Shown here: in pieces, positions 32,370 through 42,004 of the stretch
Position numbering within the stretch: position 1 is the first letter of the stretch
Layout: every line of letters starts with the position of its first letter
Assembly: GCA_963717145.1 (NCBI GenBank)
Contig: OY970325.1
Location: forward strand, 4,576,001 to 4,640,000
From: an uncultured Armatimonadetes bacterium
GTDB taxonomy: Bacteria > Armatimonadota > UBA5829 > DTJY01
DNA length: 64,000 nucleotides
Reading direction: 5' to 3'
Made by a program: the position numbers and the translations under genes
The notes under the pieces: model-generated
Told to the model about the DNA's origin: nothing
The model's database searches: none
What the model saw: the letters and a program-made list of their open reading frames with translations, nothing else

Positions 32370-33359
32370 TTGCCAAACAGCCGCCTCGACAAGATTATGG
32401 ATGGAATCGCCGGACGCCACGTGCTCGTGATCGGCGATGTGATGATGGACGAATACGTCTGGGGGAATGTCCGCCGGATATCCCCCGAGGCGCCGGTCAT
32501 GGTCGTCGAAGTCGACCGCGAATCTTACATGCCCGGTGGCGCGGCGAACGTCGTCAATAACGTCCAGGCGCTCAAAGGGAAGACATCGATGATCGGGGTC
32601 ATCGGCGACGATGAACACGGCCGCCGGCTTGCCGCGTGCCTTTCCGACACGGGAGTCGATGTCAGCGGGCTCGTGATAGATCACGCGCGGCCCACGACGC
32701 GAAAGACCCGGATCATCGCCCACAGTCAACAGGTCGTCCGGGTCGATCGTGAGAGCCGCAGGAAACTGAGCGGATCGGTCATGAAGAAGGTGGCCGCGCT
32801 CGTCGAGGAGCGCCTCCCCAGCGTGGACATCATCGTCTTCTCGGACTATGACAAAGGCATGGCATCCTCGGCGCTCGTGAACTCGGTCATAGAAGGCGCC
32901 CGGAAGCATGGGAAGCGCGTGGTCGTGAATCCGAAGCCCAGGAATGCCAGGCAGTTCAAGACGGCTGCGATCATCTCGATCAACCAATCGGAGGCCGAGG
33001 GCGTCTCGGGGATCGGGATTACGGACCAGCGCGATCTCAGGCGCGTATCGGCGAGACTGCTCAGTCTGTTGAAGCCGGAAGCGCTGCTGATCACCCGTGG
33101 GCCGCAGGGCATGAGGGTACTCACCGCCGATGGAGATGCCGAGGACATCCCGGCGCACCTGGTCGAGGTCTACGATGTCGCGGGCGCGGGCGATACCGTC
33201 GTCAGCGTAATGGCGCTCTCGCTCGCAAGTGGCGCGGAGATCCGTGAGGCGGCCGTCCTCGCCAACTGCGCCGGTGGAGCGGTCGTGCGCAAAGTGGGCG
33301 TCGCGACGGTCACACTGGCCGAGATACGCGCCCTCCTGAACGAAGGTGATCCGAGATGA
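32370..33359 (+). CDS. rfaE1: D-glycero-beta-D-manno-heptose-7-phosphate kinase
   Basis: GDVMMDEY, RISPEAPV, GGAANV, SDYDKG, DVAGAGDTV. Confidence 0.93.
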   Translation: MPNSRLDKIMDGIAGRHVLVIGDVMMDEYVWGNVRRISPEAPVMVVEVDRESYMPGGAANVVNNVQALKGKTSMIGVIGDDEHGRRLAACLSDTGVDVSGLVIDHARPTTRKTRIIAHSQQVVRVDRESRRKLSGSVMKKVAALVEERLPSVDIIVFSDYDKGMASSALVNSVIEGARKHGKRVVVNPKPRNARQFKTAAIISINQSEAEGVSGIGITDQRDLRRVSARLLSLLKPEALLITRGPQGMRVLTADGDAEDIPAHLVEVYDVAGAGDTVVSVMALSLASGAEIREAAVLANCAGGAVVRKVGVATVTLAEIRALLNEGDPR

Positions 33360-34666
33360 CGGTCACCAAGATCGTTCGGCGGTCAGTCCTCAAGGGCATT
33401 CTCGACGAACTGCGTGGGAAGGGGAAGCGGATCGTCTTCACCAACGGCTGCTTCGACATCCTGCACATCGGCCATCTTCGATACCTCCAGGAAGCGAAAG
33501 CGCTCGGTGACTACCTGGTCGTCGGCGTCAACACCGACGAGTCCGTCCGCCAACTCAAGGGCCCGGACCGCCCGCTGGTGCCGCAGTTCGAGCGCGCCGA
33601 GATCCTCTCCGGCCTCGAATGTGTCGACTACGTCACTCTCTTCTCCGAGACGACGCCGGTCGCGCTGATCGGCGAGTTGAAGCCGGATATCCATGTCAAG
33701 GGCGGCGACTACACCGCCGATGAGCTTCCCGAGGCGGAGATCGTGAAGTCCTACGGCGGCGAGGTGCGCATCCTGCAGGAGGTCGAGGGCAAATCGACCA
33801 CGAGTCTTGTGAACCGTGTTATGGAATGCGACCCCCGGAAACCCTCACCCCCGACCCCTCTCCCTTCAGAAAGGGAGAGGGGAGGCGCAACCCCCCTCTC
33901 CCTTTCTGAAGGGAGAGGGGTCGGGGGTGAGGGTTTCCGCAGGACCGCAATCGGCATCATCCCCGCGAGATTGGCCGCGACTCGGCTGCCGAACAAGCCG
34001 CTGCTCGACATCGCGGGGAAGCCGATGATCCAGTGGGTCTACGAGCACGCGCGCGAGGCGAGTCTGCTGACCGACGTCCTGGTGGCGACCCCCGACGAGG
34101 AGATCTTCGAGGCCGTCGAGTCGTTCGGCGGGAAGGCGATCATGACATCAGAGGCACATCGGTCGGGCACTGACCGCCTCGCGGAGGCGGTGCAGTTCGA
34201 GGGGTGCCCGGACGCCGAGGTAATCATCAATATCCAGGGCGATGAGCCGCTCCTCGATCCAGCGGCGATCGACCTGCTCGCGGAGGCGATTCTCGCCGAT
34301 CCCGCGATCCCGATGGCCAGCTTGATGTGTCCCCTGCCCGAGGACGAGGAGAATGATCCCTCAGTCGTGAAAGTAGTGACGGACCTGCAGGGGTTCGCCC
34401 TGTACTTTTCGCGGGCCGGGATTCCGTATCCGAGGCATCCCGCCCAGGCATGGAAGCACATCGGACTCTATGCGTACACGCGCGAGTTCCTGCTCACGTT
34501 TCCGGCGCTCGCCCCGACTCCGCTCGAGCAGGCGGAGTCCCTGGAGCAGCTTCGTGCGCTGGAGAACGGCTACCGGATCAGAATGGTCGAGACTGATTTC
34601 GCGCCGACCAGCGTCGATACGCCCGATGACCTGGAGAGAGTAAGGCGAATACTGGAGCAAACATGA
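33356..34666 (+). CDS. kdsB: Fusion: heptose-1-phosphate adenylyltransferase (RfaE2) plus CMP-Kdo synthetase (KdsB)
   Basis: [13 protein letters not shown]…KGGDY…GKSTT, then [40 protein letters not shown]. Confidence 0.92.
   Translation: MTVTKIVRRSVLKGILDELRGKGKRIVFTNGCFDILHIGHLRYLQEAKALGDYLVVGVNTDESVRQLKGPDRPLVPQFERAEILSGLECVDYVTLFSETTPVALIGELKPDIHVKGGDYTADELPEAEIVKSYGGEVRILQEVEGKSTTSLVNRVMECDPRKPSPPTPLPSERERGGATPLSLSEGRGVGGEGFRRTAIGIIPARLAATRLPNKPLLDIAGKPMIQWVYEHAREASLLTDVLVATPDEEIFEAVESFGGKAIMTSEAHRSGTDRLAEAVQFEGCPDAEVIINIQGDEPLLDPAAIDLLAEAILADPAIPMASLMCPLPEDEENDPSVVKVVTDLQGFALYFSRAGIPYPRHPAQAWKHIGLYAYTREFLLTFPALAPTPLEQAESLEQLRALENGYRIRMVETDFAPTSVDTPDDLERVRRILEQT
33836..33939. repeat. CCCTCACCCC…GGGAGAGGG-family palindrome forming the fusion linker
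   Basis: 47-bp perfect arms. Confidence 0.92.
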
Positions 34667-35487
34667 CACGAGAGATATCAATCGGGGATTTCACCATAGG
34701 CGGGAACAGCCCGATCGCGCTCATCGCCGGGCCCTGCGTTATCGAGAGCCGGGAGATCTGCTTCGAGATCGCCGAGCGCGTTAGGGCGGTCTGCGATGAA
34801 CTCGGCATCGGCTACGTTTTCAAGGCCTCGTTCGACAAGGCCAACCGCATGTCGATCGACTCGTTCCGTGGGCCTGGGATCGAGAAAGGCCTCGAGATTC
34901 TTGCCGAGATCAAGTCGACGCTCGGCCTCCCGGTGCTGACCGACGTGCATGAGGTATGGCAGGTCGAAAAGGTCGCCGAGGTCGTAGACATCCTGCAGGT
35001 CCCGGCGTTCCTCTGCCGGCAGACCGACCTCGTGATCGCCGCCGCGAAGGCGGGTAAGCCCGTTAACTTCAAGAAGGCGCAGTTCATGTCGCCCGCCGAG
35101 ATGAAGCCGGTCGCCGACAAGGCTGCGTCGAGCGGAAACAGCGACATCCTGCTCACCGAGCGCGGATCGAGCTTCGGATACGGCAACCTCGTCGTGGATA
35201 TGCGGGGCCTGGTAATAATGAGGGAACTCGGATACCCGGTGGTCTTCGATGCGACCCACAGCGTCCAGCGGCCGGGAGGGCTCGGGACGAAATCCGGCGG
35301 CGACCCGCAGTTCGTGCCGTACCTCGTGCGAGCGGCATGCGCGGTCGGCATCGACGCCCTGTTCATCGAGACTCACCCCAATCCATCGAAGGCGCTGTCC
35401 GACGCGGCGACGATGATTCCGCTCGACACGCTCAGGTCTGTGCTCGCACAGGCCAAGGCGGTGGACAGGGTAGTGAAGAATCTGTAG
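34663..35487 (+). CDS. kdsA: Kdo-8-phosphate synthase
   Basis: [37 protein letters not shown]. Confidence 0.97.
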   Translation: MTREISIGDFTIGGNSPIALIAGPCVIESREICFEIAERVRAVCDELGIGYVFKASFDKANRMSIDSFRGPGIEKGLEILAEIKSTLGLPVLTDVHEVWQVEKVAEVVDILQVPAFLCRQTDLVIAAAKAGKPVNFKKAQFMSPAEMKPVADKAASSGNSDILLTERGSSFGYGNLVVDMRGLVIMRELGYPVVFDATHSVQRPGGLGTKSGGDPQFVPYLVRAACAVGIDALFIETHPNPSKALSDAATMIPLDTLRSVLAQAKAVDRVVKNL

Positions 35488-35503
35488 GATAGTTTTCGCG
35501 CGT

Positions 35504-35655
35504 ACGTAGGGAACGGCCGCCGTCCCGTTCCGTGTGCGGCGGATCGGAACGGGACGGCGGCCGTTCCCTACGTGGGCGGGGCCCCTGTCGTTGCGGATGG
35601 AGTTGGACTCCATCCCCGATCACTGAGCCATGGGGGATGGAGTCCAACTCTATCC
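35504..35655. repeat. GTAG REP doublet (35504-35573) plus GGAGTTGGACTCC palindrome (35595-35655)
   Basis: acgtagggaacggccgccgtcccgttccg…cggaacgggacggcggccgttccctacgt; ggatggagttggactccatcccc…ggggatggagtccaactctatcc. Confidence 0.88.
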
Positions 35656-35681
35656 CCAACGACGTAGGAGGAGACACAACA

Positions 35682-36668
35682 ATGGCAGACAAGATCAGAG
35701 TCGGTTTGATCGGATGCGGCGGCGTCATGCGAGGGCATGCGAAACGCCTGCTGACCATCCCTGAGGTCGAGATCGTCGCCCTCGATGACATCAGCGAGGA
35801 CCAGCTCGCCAAGTTCTACGAGGCGGTTCCCGAGGTCAAGGGCCTGCCGGTGTTCTACGACTACCGAGAGATGCTCGATAAGGTCGAGATGGACGCCGTA
35901 GAGATCGCGACGCCGCACACGCTGCATTTCCAGCAGACGATGGACTGCCTCGATGCGGGGAAGCACATCCTCCTCGAGAAGCCGATGGTCTGCACCGTCG
36001 ACCACGCGCACAAGCTGATCGACAGGGCCGAGAAGACGAAGCGCGTCGTCGTGATCTCATATCAGCGCCACTACCAGCCGGAATTCCGCTACATGCGGGA
36101 TGCAATCCAGCAGGGCAAGCTCGGGAATGTCACCTACATATCGGCCCTCCAGTGCCAGAATTGGAAGAAGGGCACCGTTGGTATGTGGCGACAGGACCCG
36201 GAACTCAGCGGAGGCGGGCAGCTCAACGACTCGGGCAGCCACCTGATCGACATCATCCTCTGGACGACCGGCCTCGCGGTCGATGAGCTGTTCGGCTACA
36301 TAGACAACCTGGATACTCCGGTGGACATCAACTCGGCGCTCTCGATGAAGTTCAAGAACGGCGCCCAGGCAACGGTCGCAGTCGTTGGAGACGCGCCGCC
36401 TTTCTATGAGGATTTCACCATCTGGGGCGATAAGGGGATGCTCTTCTATCGGAACGGACAACTCACTGAATGCGGAGAAGACGGGAAGATCTTTACGCCG
36501 GAGAACCTGCCTGAGGGAGGGAATCCGGATCAGAACCTCGTGGACGCGATCCTCGGCCGGGATATCGTCTGGTCGCCGCCGATCTGTGGCCTCCGGGTCA
36601 TCGAGCTTACCGAATCTGCCTGGAAATCCGCGGAGAAGGGCTGCACAGTCAAAGTCGAGAGCCTGTAA
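35682..36668 (+). CDS. Gfo/Idh/MocA oxidoreductase
   Basis: IGCGG, TPHTLH, EKPM, GGGQLNDSGSHLID; AGGAGGAG SD. Confidence 0.93.
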   Translation: MADKIRVGLIGCGGVMRGHAKRLLTIPEVEIVALDDISEDQLAKFYEAVPEVKGLPVFYDYREMLDKVEMDAVEIATPHTLHFQQTMDCLDAGKHILLEKPMVCTVDHAHKLIDRAEKTKRVVVISYQRHYQPEFRYMRDAIQQGKLGNVTYISALQCQNWKKGTVGMWRQDPELSGGGQLNDSGSHLIDIILWTTGLAVDELFGYIDNLDTPVDINSALSMKFKNGAQATVAVVGDAPPFYEDFTIWGDKGMLFYRNGQLTECGEDGKIFTPENLPEGGNPDQNLVDAILGRDIVWSPPICGLRVIELTESAWKSAEKGCTVKVESL

Positions 36669-36825
36669 CTGAAGCTCACTCATGTCATTCTGAGCACGTT
36701 ACTGCGTCGGTCTCGCAGTTGTTTCCGTGAGAAACACCATCAGTCCTGACGGTGGGGGACTTTCTGATGACAGGCCCCAAAACGTGAACGAAGCGTGACG
36801 GGTCCTGGATATTACAGCCATATCT

Positions 36826-36866
36826 CCCGAAGTGGGTTGACACTGCAAACCCACTTCGGGTATCAT
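36826..36866 (+). promoter_or_regulatory. Promoter overlapped by a 13-bp inverted repeat
   Basis: TTGACA(36837)-N18-TATCAT; cccgaagtgggtt-N9-aacccacttcggg. Confidence 0.6.
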
Positions 36867-37008
36867 ACCCGACGGTGCCGCATGGCTGGACAGCGGTCTG
36901 ATTGGGTTGTGCTTCCCCCGGAGCAATGCCCCGGCCGGGAAGAAGCCGTCCGATATGCTGCCGGCGCCATGAGTACACGGGCTGCAGGCCCGAAAGGGAG
37001 ATAGCGCC

Positions 37009-37833
37009 TTGTTATCAGACGCAAATCGCACCTTACGGTATACCTTGTCAGCAGTGACAGCACTGTTGTTCATATCGAATCTAGCCCTCGCGGACCAGTC
37101 CTACGTCGTCCGCAGAGGTGATACTCTCTGGTCCATCGCGAACAAGTACTCCACCACTATATCGGAGATCGCGCAGGCCAATGGGATCGATTCCTCAAAG
37201 CCGATCCGCGCCGATCAGAAGCTGACCATCCCCACGGACGTTCCCGTTTCGGGCACGATCGCCCGCGTTTCCAAGGATAAAGTCGAGCTTAGAGCAAATG
37301 GGAAGCCGGCCGGCACACTCGCCAAAGGCGCCGAGGTAACCTTCCTGGAGAAGAAGGACGGCGTGTTGGCCGTGAGGCTCTCCAACGGCCGGATGGGCTG
37401 CGTTCCGGCGGACTCGCTCGAGTTTCTCACCGATCGGCCCATTGTCGACCGCCATCAGTTCGGACGCGAGATCACGCGCACAGCGTATGCATATCGCGGA
37501 GCGCGATACCGCAGAGGCGGCACATCTTCCCGCGGGTTCGACTGCTCCGGGTTCGTGAAGTACGTGTATTCCACCAAGGGCATCAAGCTCCCTCACTCGT
37601 CCCGCGACATGTACCATTGCGGATCACCCGTCGCCAAGAACGACCTTCGTCAGGGCGACATCGTCTTCTTCGTCAATACCTACCGGCGCGGTATATCGCA
37701 CGTCGGGATGTACGTCGGCAACGGCGAGTTCATCCATGCCTCAACCTCGCGCGGCGGCGTCCGAGTTGATAGGTTGGACAGCGCATATTTCCGCAACAAG
37801 TACGCCGGCGCGCGCAGGATCAAGGACGGGTAG
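37009..37833 (+). CDS. LysM + SH3-like + NlpC/P60 peptidoglycan endopeptidase
   Basis: Signal peptide, YVVRRGDTLWSIA, GFDCSGF, ISHVGMYVG. Confidence 0.92.
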   Translation: MLSDANRTLRYTLSAVTALLFISNLALADQSYVVRRGDTLWSIANKYSTTISEIAQANGIDSSKPIRADQKLTIPTDVPVSGTIARVSKDKVELRANGKPAGTLAKGAEVTFLEKKDGVLAVRLSNGRMGCVPADSLEFLTDRPIVDRHQFGREITRTAYAYRGARYRRGGTSSRGFDCSGFVKYVYSTKGIKLPHSSRDMYHCGSPVAKNDLRQGDIVFFVNTYRRGISHVGMYVGNGEFIHASTSRGGVRVDRLDSAYFRNKYAGARRIKDG

Positions 37834-37864
37834 AATCTAGGTTCCAAGTTCAAGGTTCAGATCA

Positions 37865-37904
37865 GCGCTGTCGGATGGGGATTCCCTCCGGCAGCGTTTT
37901 GTTT
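37865..37904 (+). terminator. Intrinsic terminator
   Basis: cgctgtcgga…tccggcagcg hairpin followed by ttttgttt. Confidence 0.6.
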
Positions 37905-37914
37905 CATAGACACC

Positions 37915-38031
37915 CACCGTCAGTCCTGAGTTCGCCGGTGAATGACGGCGTGTAACGAAGGACGGCTCGGTGCAGCAAGGCCGTCCTTCGTTACACGCCG
38001 TCATTCACCGGCGAACTCAGGACTGACGGTG
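37915..38031. repeat. MITE-like perfect hairpin, identical to 32112-32228
   Basis: Same arms and same tcggtgcagcaag loop. Confidence 0.95.
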
Positions 38032-38109
38032 AGGCCTTTCCGGCGGAAATGTCAGAATGACAGCGAGGGACAACGCGCGTTGCGCCTCCTTGCCATCCCT
38101 CCGATTCGG

Positions 38110-38157
38110 TTGACATGGCTGCGCGCCTTGTCCTATAATGGCAACGAACATGTGTAC
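38110..38157 (+). promoter_or_regulatory. Consensus sigma-70 promoter of gyrA with a putative SOS box
   Basis: TTGACA-N18-TATAAT (38110-38139), then cGAAC-ATGT-GTAC (38145-38157). Confidence 0.7.
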
Positions 38158-38187
38158 CGAGATTCGGGTAGATGAGGAGTAGATTTT

Positions 38188-40632
38188 GTGAGTGATATAG
38201 CGAGAGAAGTCGTACCCGTAAACATCGAAGAGGAGATGAAGCGATCGTACCTCGGCTATGCCGTGAGTATGATTATCGCAAGAGCCCTCCCGGACGTTCG
38301 AGACGGTCTGAAGCCCGTGCAGCGGCGGATACTTATGTCGATGCACGATCTTCATCTCACTCCGGGCAGCCACTATAGAAAATCCGCCAAGATTTCCGGT
38401 GACACCACCGCCAACTACCATCCCCACGGCGGTCAGGCCGTGTACCTCACTATGGTGCGCATGGCGCAGGATTTCAGCTTGAGATACCCGCTCGTTGACG
38501 GGCAGGGGAACATGGGGTCCATCGACGGAGACCCGCCGGCGGCCGAGCGGTATACCGAGGCCCGCATGTCGCCGTATGCAGTCGAGATGCTCGACGACCT
38601 CGACAAGGACACCGTCGACTGGCAGCCGAACTACGAGCAGACGCGGGACGAGCCGTTGATCCTTCCCGGCCGGTTCCCCAACCTTCTCTGTAACGGAGGA
38701 GAGGGAATAGCCGTAGGAATGGCGACGAAGATCCCGCCACACAACCTGGGCGAGGTTGTCGACGCCACGATCCATCTGATCGATAACCCGGATGCCACGC
38801 CGTCCGACCTGATGCAGTACGTCCAGGGCCCCGATTTCCCGACCGCCGGCCTGATTCTCGGCGTCAAGGGCATCCGCTCGGCCTACGAGACCGGGCGCGG
38901 CCAGGTAACCATGCAGGCGCAGTCGACCACCGAGACGATGGAGAACGGCAAGTCCGCCATCATCATCACGGAGCTGCCCTATCAGGTCAACAAAGCCCGC
39001 CTGATCGAGCAGATCGCCGATCTGGTCAAGAACAAGAAGATCGACGGCATTACAGACATCAACGACTTCAGCGATCGGACCGGCATGCGCGTGGTCATCG
39101 AGCTTCGGCGCGATTCCTACCCGAGGAAGGTCCTGAACTTCCTCTTGAAGCATACTCAGCTTCGCATGAACTTCAACGTCAACATGCTCGCGCTGGTAGA
39201 CGGCACGCCGAGGACATTGAACCTCGCGCAGATCATCTACTACTACATCGAGCACCGCAAGGAGATCATCACACGGCGCACCAAGTTCGAGCTGGAGAAG
39301 GCCAAGGCAAGGGCGCACATCCTCGAAGGCTTGAGGATTGCGCTCCAGTACCTCGACGAGATCATACGCATCATCCGCCAGTCGCGGACCACAGATATCG
39401 CGCGCTCTGAGATGATGTCCCGGTTCGGCCTCAGCCAGGTACAGGCTGAAGCGATCCTCAATATGCAGCTCAGACAGCTCACCGGACTCGAGCGCGAAGG
39501 CATCGAGAACGAGTACCGCGAGCTTCTGCGCCGGATCGCTCACCTGGAAGACATCCTGACCGACGCGCAGAAGGTCCTCGAGATCATCAAGGCGGAACTC
39601 CGGACGCTCAAGGAGAAGCTCGGCGACGACCGGCGCAGCCGCATCATCCCCGTCGAGGCCGAAGAGATCGGCGACGAGGACCTCATCCCCGATGAGGAGA
39701 TGATCGTGACCATCACCCGCGATGGTTACGTCAAGCGCGTGCCGATCGACACATATAAGACTCAGAGGCGCGGCGGACGGGGCGTCCTGGCGGCCAATTC
39801 CAAGGAAGAGGACAAGCTGGAGCACATCTTCGTGGCTACCACGCATCATTACATCCTCTTCTTCACGGACAAGGGCCGCGTCTACCGCCTCAAGGCATAC
39901 GAGATTCCGCAGGCGAGCCGCCAGGCGATGGGTACCGCGATCATCAACCTGATTCAGATCGAATCGGGCGAGACGATCACGGCGACAGTCCCCGTCAAGG
40001 TCCTCGAGGGCGAGGGATACCTCGTCATGGCGACCAGGATGGGCGAGGTCAAGCGCACGGCCATCCAGGAGTTCCATTACCTGCGAGCGAACGGCCTGCG
40101 CGCATTCGACCTCGAAGAGGGCGATGAGCTTCGATGGGTCCGCTTGACCAGCGGCGCCGACGACGCGGTCCTCGTTACCCGACACGGCATGTCGATTCGG
40201 TTCTCCGAAAAGAACCTCCGGATCGCCAGCCGCGCATCCGGCGGCGTCCGGGGAATCACGCTTCGTCCGGGTGACTACGTGGTCAGCATGGATATCGTCC
40301 GCCCGAAGTGCGAGTTGCTGGTCGTTTCGCAGAAGGGGCTCGGCAAGCGGACCGACCTCGACTCCTACCGCGCTCAGACCAGGGGCGGCAAGGGCATCAA
40401 AACGATGGCGATGACCGATCGCGGCGGCGAGATCGTCGGCGGGCGGGTAGTCTGCAACGAAGACAAGGCGATCGTGCTCACCTCGAACGGGATCGCGATC
40501 CGTATGAGGCTCAACGAAGTCCGAGCCTGCGGGCGCAGTACCATGGGCGTCAAGATGATCAACCTCGAGCCGGGCGACACCGTGGCATCGGTCGCGATCG
40601 TCCCGACCAAGGCGGACGAAGAAGAAGAGTAG
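38188..40632 (+). CDS. gyrA: DNA gyrase subunit A
   Basis: RALPDVRDGLKPVQRR, YHPHG, RYTEAR, GyrA-box QRRGGRG, C-terminal pinwheel repeats. Confidence 0.96.
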   Translation: MSDIAREVVPVNIEEEMKRSYLGYAVSMIIARALPDVRDGLKPVQRRILMSMHDLHLTPGSHYRKSAKISGDTTANYHPHGGQAVYLTMVRMAQDFSLRYPLVDGQGNMGSIDGDPPAAERYTEARMSPYAVEMLDDLDKDTVDWQPNYEQTRDEPLILPGRFPNLLCNGGEGIAVGMATKIPPHNLGEVVDATIHLIDNPDATPSDLMQYVQGPDFPTAGLILGVKGIRSAYETGRGQVTMQAQSTTETMENGKSAIIITELPYQVNKARLIEQIADLVKNKKIDGITDINDFSDRTGMRVVIELRRDSYPRKVLNFLLKHTQLRMNFNVNMLALVDGTPRTLNLAQIIYYYIEHRKEIITRRTKFELEKAKARAHILEGLRIALQYLDEIIRIIRQSRTTDIARSEMMSRFGLSQVQAEAILNMQLRQLTGLEREGIENEYRELLRRIAHLEDILTDAQKVLEIIKAELRTLKEKLGDDRRSRIIPVEAEEIGDEDLIPDEEMIVTITRDGYVKRVPIDTYKTQRRGGRGVLAANSKEEDKLEHIFVATTHHYILFFTDKGRVYRLKAYEIPQASRQAMGTAIINLIQIESGETITATVPVKVLEGEGYLVMATRMGEVKRTAIQEFHYLRANGLRAFDLEEGDELRWVRLTSGADDAVLVTRHGMSIRFSEKNLRIASRASGGVRGITLRPGDYVVSMDIVRPKCELLVVSQKGLGKRTDLDSYRAQTRGGKGIKTMAMTDRGGEIVGGRVVCNEDKAIVLTSNGIAIRMRLNEVRACGRSTMGVKMINLEPGDTVASVAIVPTKADEEEE

Positions 40633-40642
40633 AACATACCAT

Positions 40643-40671
40643 GCAGGGGCAGGTCTCAGACCTGCCCCTGC
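40643..40671. repeat. Short REP-like palindrome
   Basis: gcaggggcaggtctcagacctgcccctgc. Confidence 0.7.
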
Positions 40672-40699
40672 CGAAGCATTAGGGGGGAACATCCTTTCG

Positions 40700-41119
40700 A
40701 TGCCTGATCGTTTTGAACCGCTGGAACATACGGCGGACAAGGGTATAAAGGCATACGGGTTGCGCCCTGAGGAGCTTTTCGAGAATGCCGCATTCGGCAT
40801 GTTCTCGCTCATGGCGGACCTGGAGAAATACACGCCTGTCGAGAGCCGCGAGATCGAGGTCGAGGCGTCCGAAGTCGAGTCGCTGCTTCGGACCTGGCTC
40901 GCGGAATTGCTCTATCAGTTCGAAGTCGATAGAATGCTCTTCGTGGACTTTCATGTGGACTCTATCGAGGGCGGCAAAGTCCGGTCGACCGTAAGCGGCC
41001 TGCCGTTCAGCGATGATATCGAGTGGTTAGGCCCGTCGGTCAAAGCCGTGACGCTCTGCGATCTCTATGTGCGTCGAACGGATGACCGGTGGGAAGCGCA
41101 AGTGATATTCGACGTGTGA
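40700..41119 (+). CDS. Archease
   Basis: LEHTAD, ELFENAA, VKAVT, IFDV C-terminus. Confidence 0.92.
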   Translation: MPDRFEPLEHTADKGIKAYGLRPEELFENAAFGMFSLMADLEKYTPVESREIEVEASEVESLLRTWLAELLYQFEVDRMLFVDFHVDSIEGGKVRSTVSGLPFSDDIEWLGPSVKAVTLCDLYVRRTDDRWEAQVIFDV

Positions 41120-41124
41120 GGGGC

Positions 41125-41250
41125 AAATTCGAAATTCGAATCTCGAAACTCGAAACAATGCTGAATAGCCCAAAAAGCAATCAGGCAAGCGGTTTTGGGA
41201 TTTCCGTATCTGGGATTTGTTTCGAATTTCGATATTCGTGCTTCGAATTT
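41125..41250. repeat. Heptamer (TTCGAAA) fold-back repeat
   Basis: aaattcgaaattcgaatctcgaaactcgaaaca … tgtttcgaatttcgatattcgtgcttcgaattt. Confidence 0.85.
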
Positions 41251-41267
41251 CTCCGAAGGAGAGCGGT

Positions 41268-41882
41268 ATGATGAAACAAGTGACACCCAGACAGAGGCAG
41301 ATCTTGCAGTGCATCCTGCAGCACATCGACCTCAAGGGCTATCCTCCGACGGTCCGGGAGATCGGCGAGGCGGTGAACCTCAGTTCGAGTTCGACCGTTC
41401 ACGCGCACCTCAAGAGCCTGGAGGACTCCGGCCTCATCAGGCGCGACGCGGTTCTCACCCGCGCCATCAAGCTGCTTCCCGGCACCGACACCAAGGCCAA
41501 GCCACGGCGCGTGGTCAATCTCCCGATAGTCGGTCGGGTCGCAGCCGGCAAGCCGTCCCTGGCCTCGGAAGACATCCAGGAAACCTATCCGCTCCCCGCC
41601 GACTTCCTCGCGGGCGGCGAAGGATTCATGCTCGAAGTCCACGGCGAGAGCATGATCGAGGACGGCATCCACGACGGCGATCTCGTCATTGTCCGCCGCC
41701 AGCCGATCGCCGAGAACGGCGATGTGATCGTGGCGCTGATCGAGAATGAAGCCACCGTCAAGCGCTTCTACCGCGAGGACGGCACGATTCGCCTTCAGCC
41801 GGCGAACTCGACGATGGCGCCGATCTTCGCCGATAATGTCTCCATCGTCGGCAAAGTCGTCGGCCTCGTAAGAAAAATGTAG
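41268..41882 (+). CDS. lexA: SOS repressor LexA
   Basis: GYPPTVREI, SSSTVHAHL, VAAG cleavage site, GESM, ATVKRF. Confidence 0.96.
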   Translation: MMKQVTPRQRQILQCILQHIDLKGYPPTVREIGEAVNLSSSSTVHAHLKSLEDSGLIRRDAVLTRAIKLLPGTDTKAKPRRVVNLPIVGRVAAGKPSLASEDIQETYPLPADFLAGGEGFMLEVHGESMIEDGIHDGDLVIVRRQPIAENGDVIVALIENEATVKRFYREDGTIRLQPANSTMAPIFADNVSIVGKVVGLVRKM

Positions 41883-41918
41883 CGCTCGGTTGACGAACAC
41901 AAGAGGAATTCAGATACA

Positions 41919-41985
41919 TAATGAGTAACGAGTAATGAGTAATCGGATAGGCCGCCGGCCATACTCATTACTCGTTACCCATTAC
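41919..41985. repeat. Heptamer (GTAATGA) fold-back repeat
   Basis: taatgagtaacgagtaatgagtaa … tactcattactcgttacccattac. Confidence 0.8.
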
Positions 41986-42004
41986 GGTCCCAGGAGGAAA
42001 GCGC

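Noticed and set aside
36870-37008. c-di-AMP (ydaO) riboswitch
   Set aside because: Expected from context, but I could not find its conserved motifs
38017-40833. 938-aa minus-strand ORF, and similar long ORFs at 10863-12575, 41975-43645 and 45592-47190
   Set aside because: Antisense shadows of well-supported GC-rich genes, with no motifs
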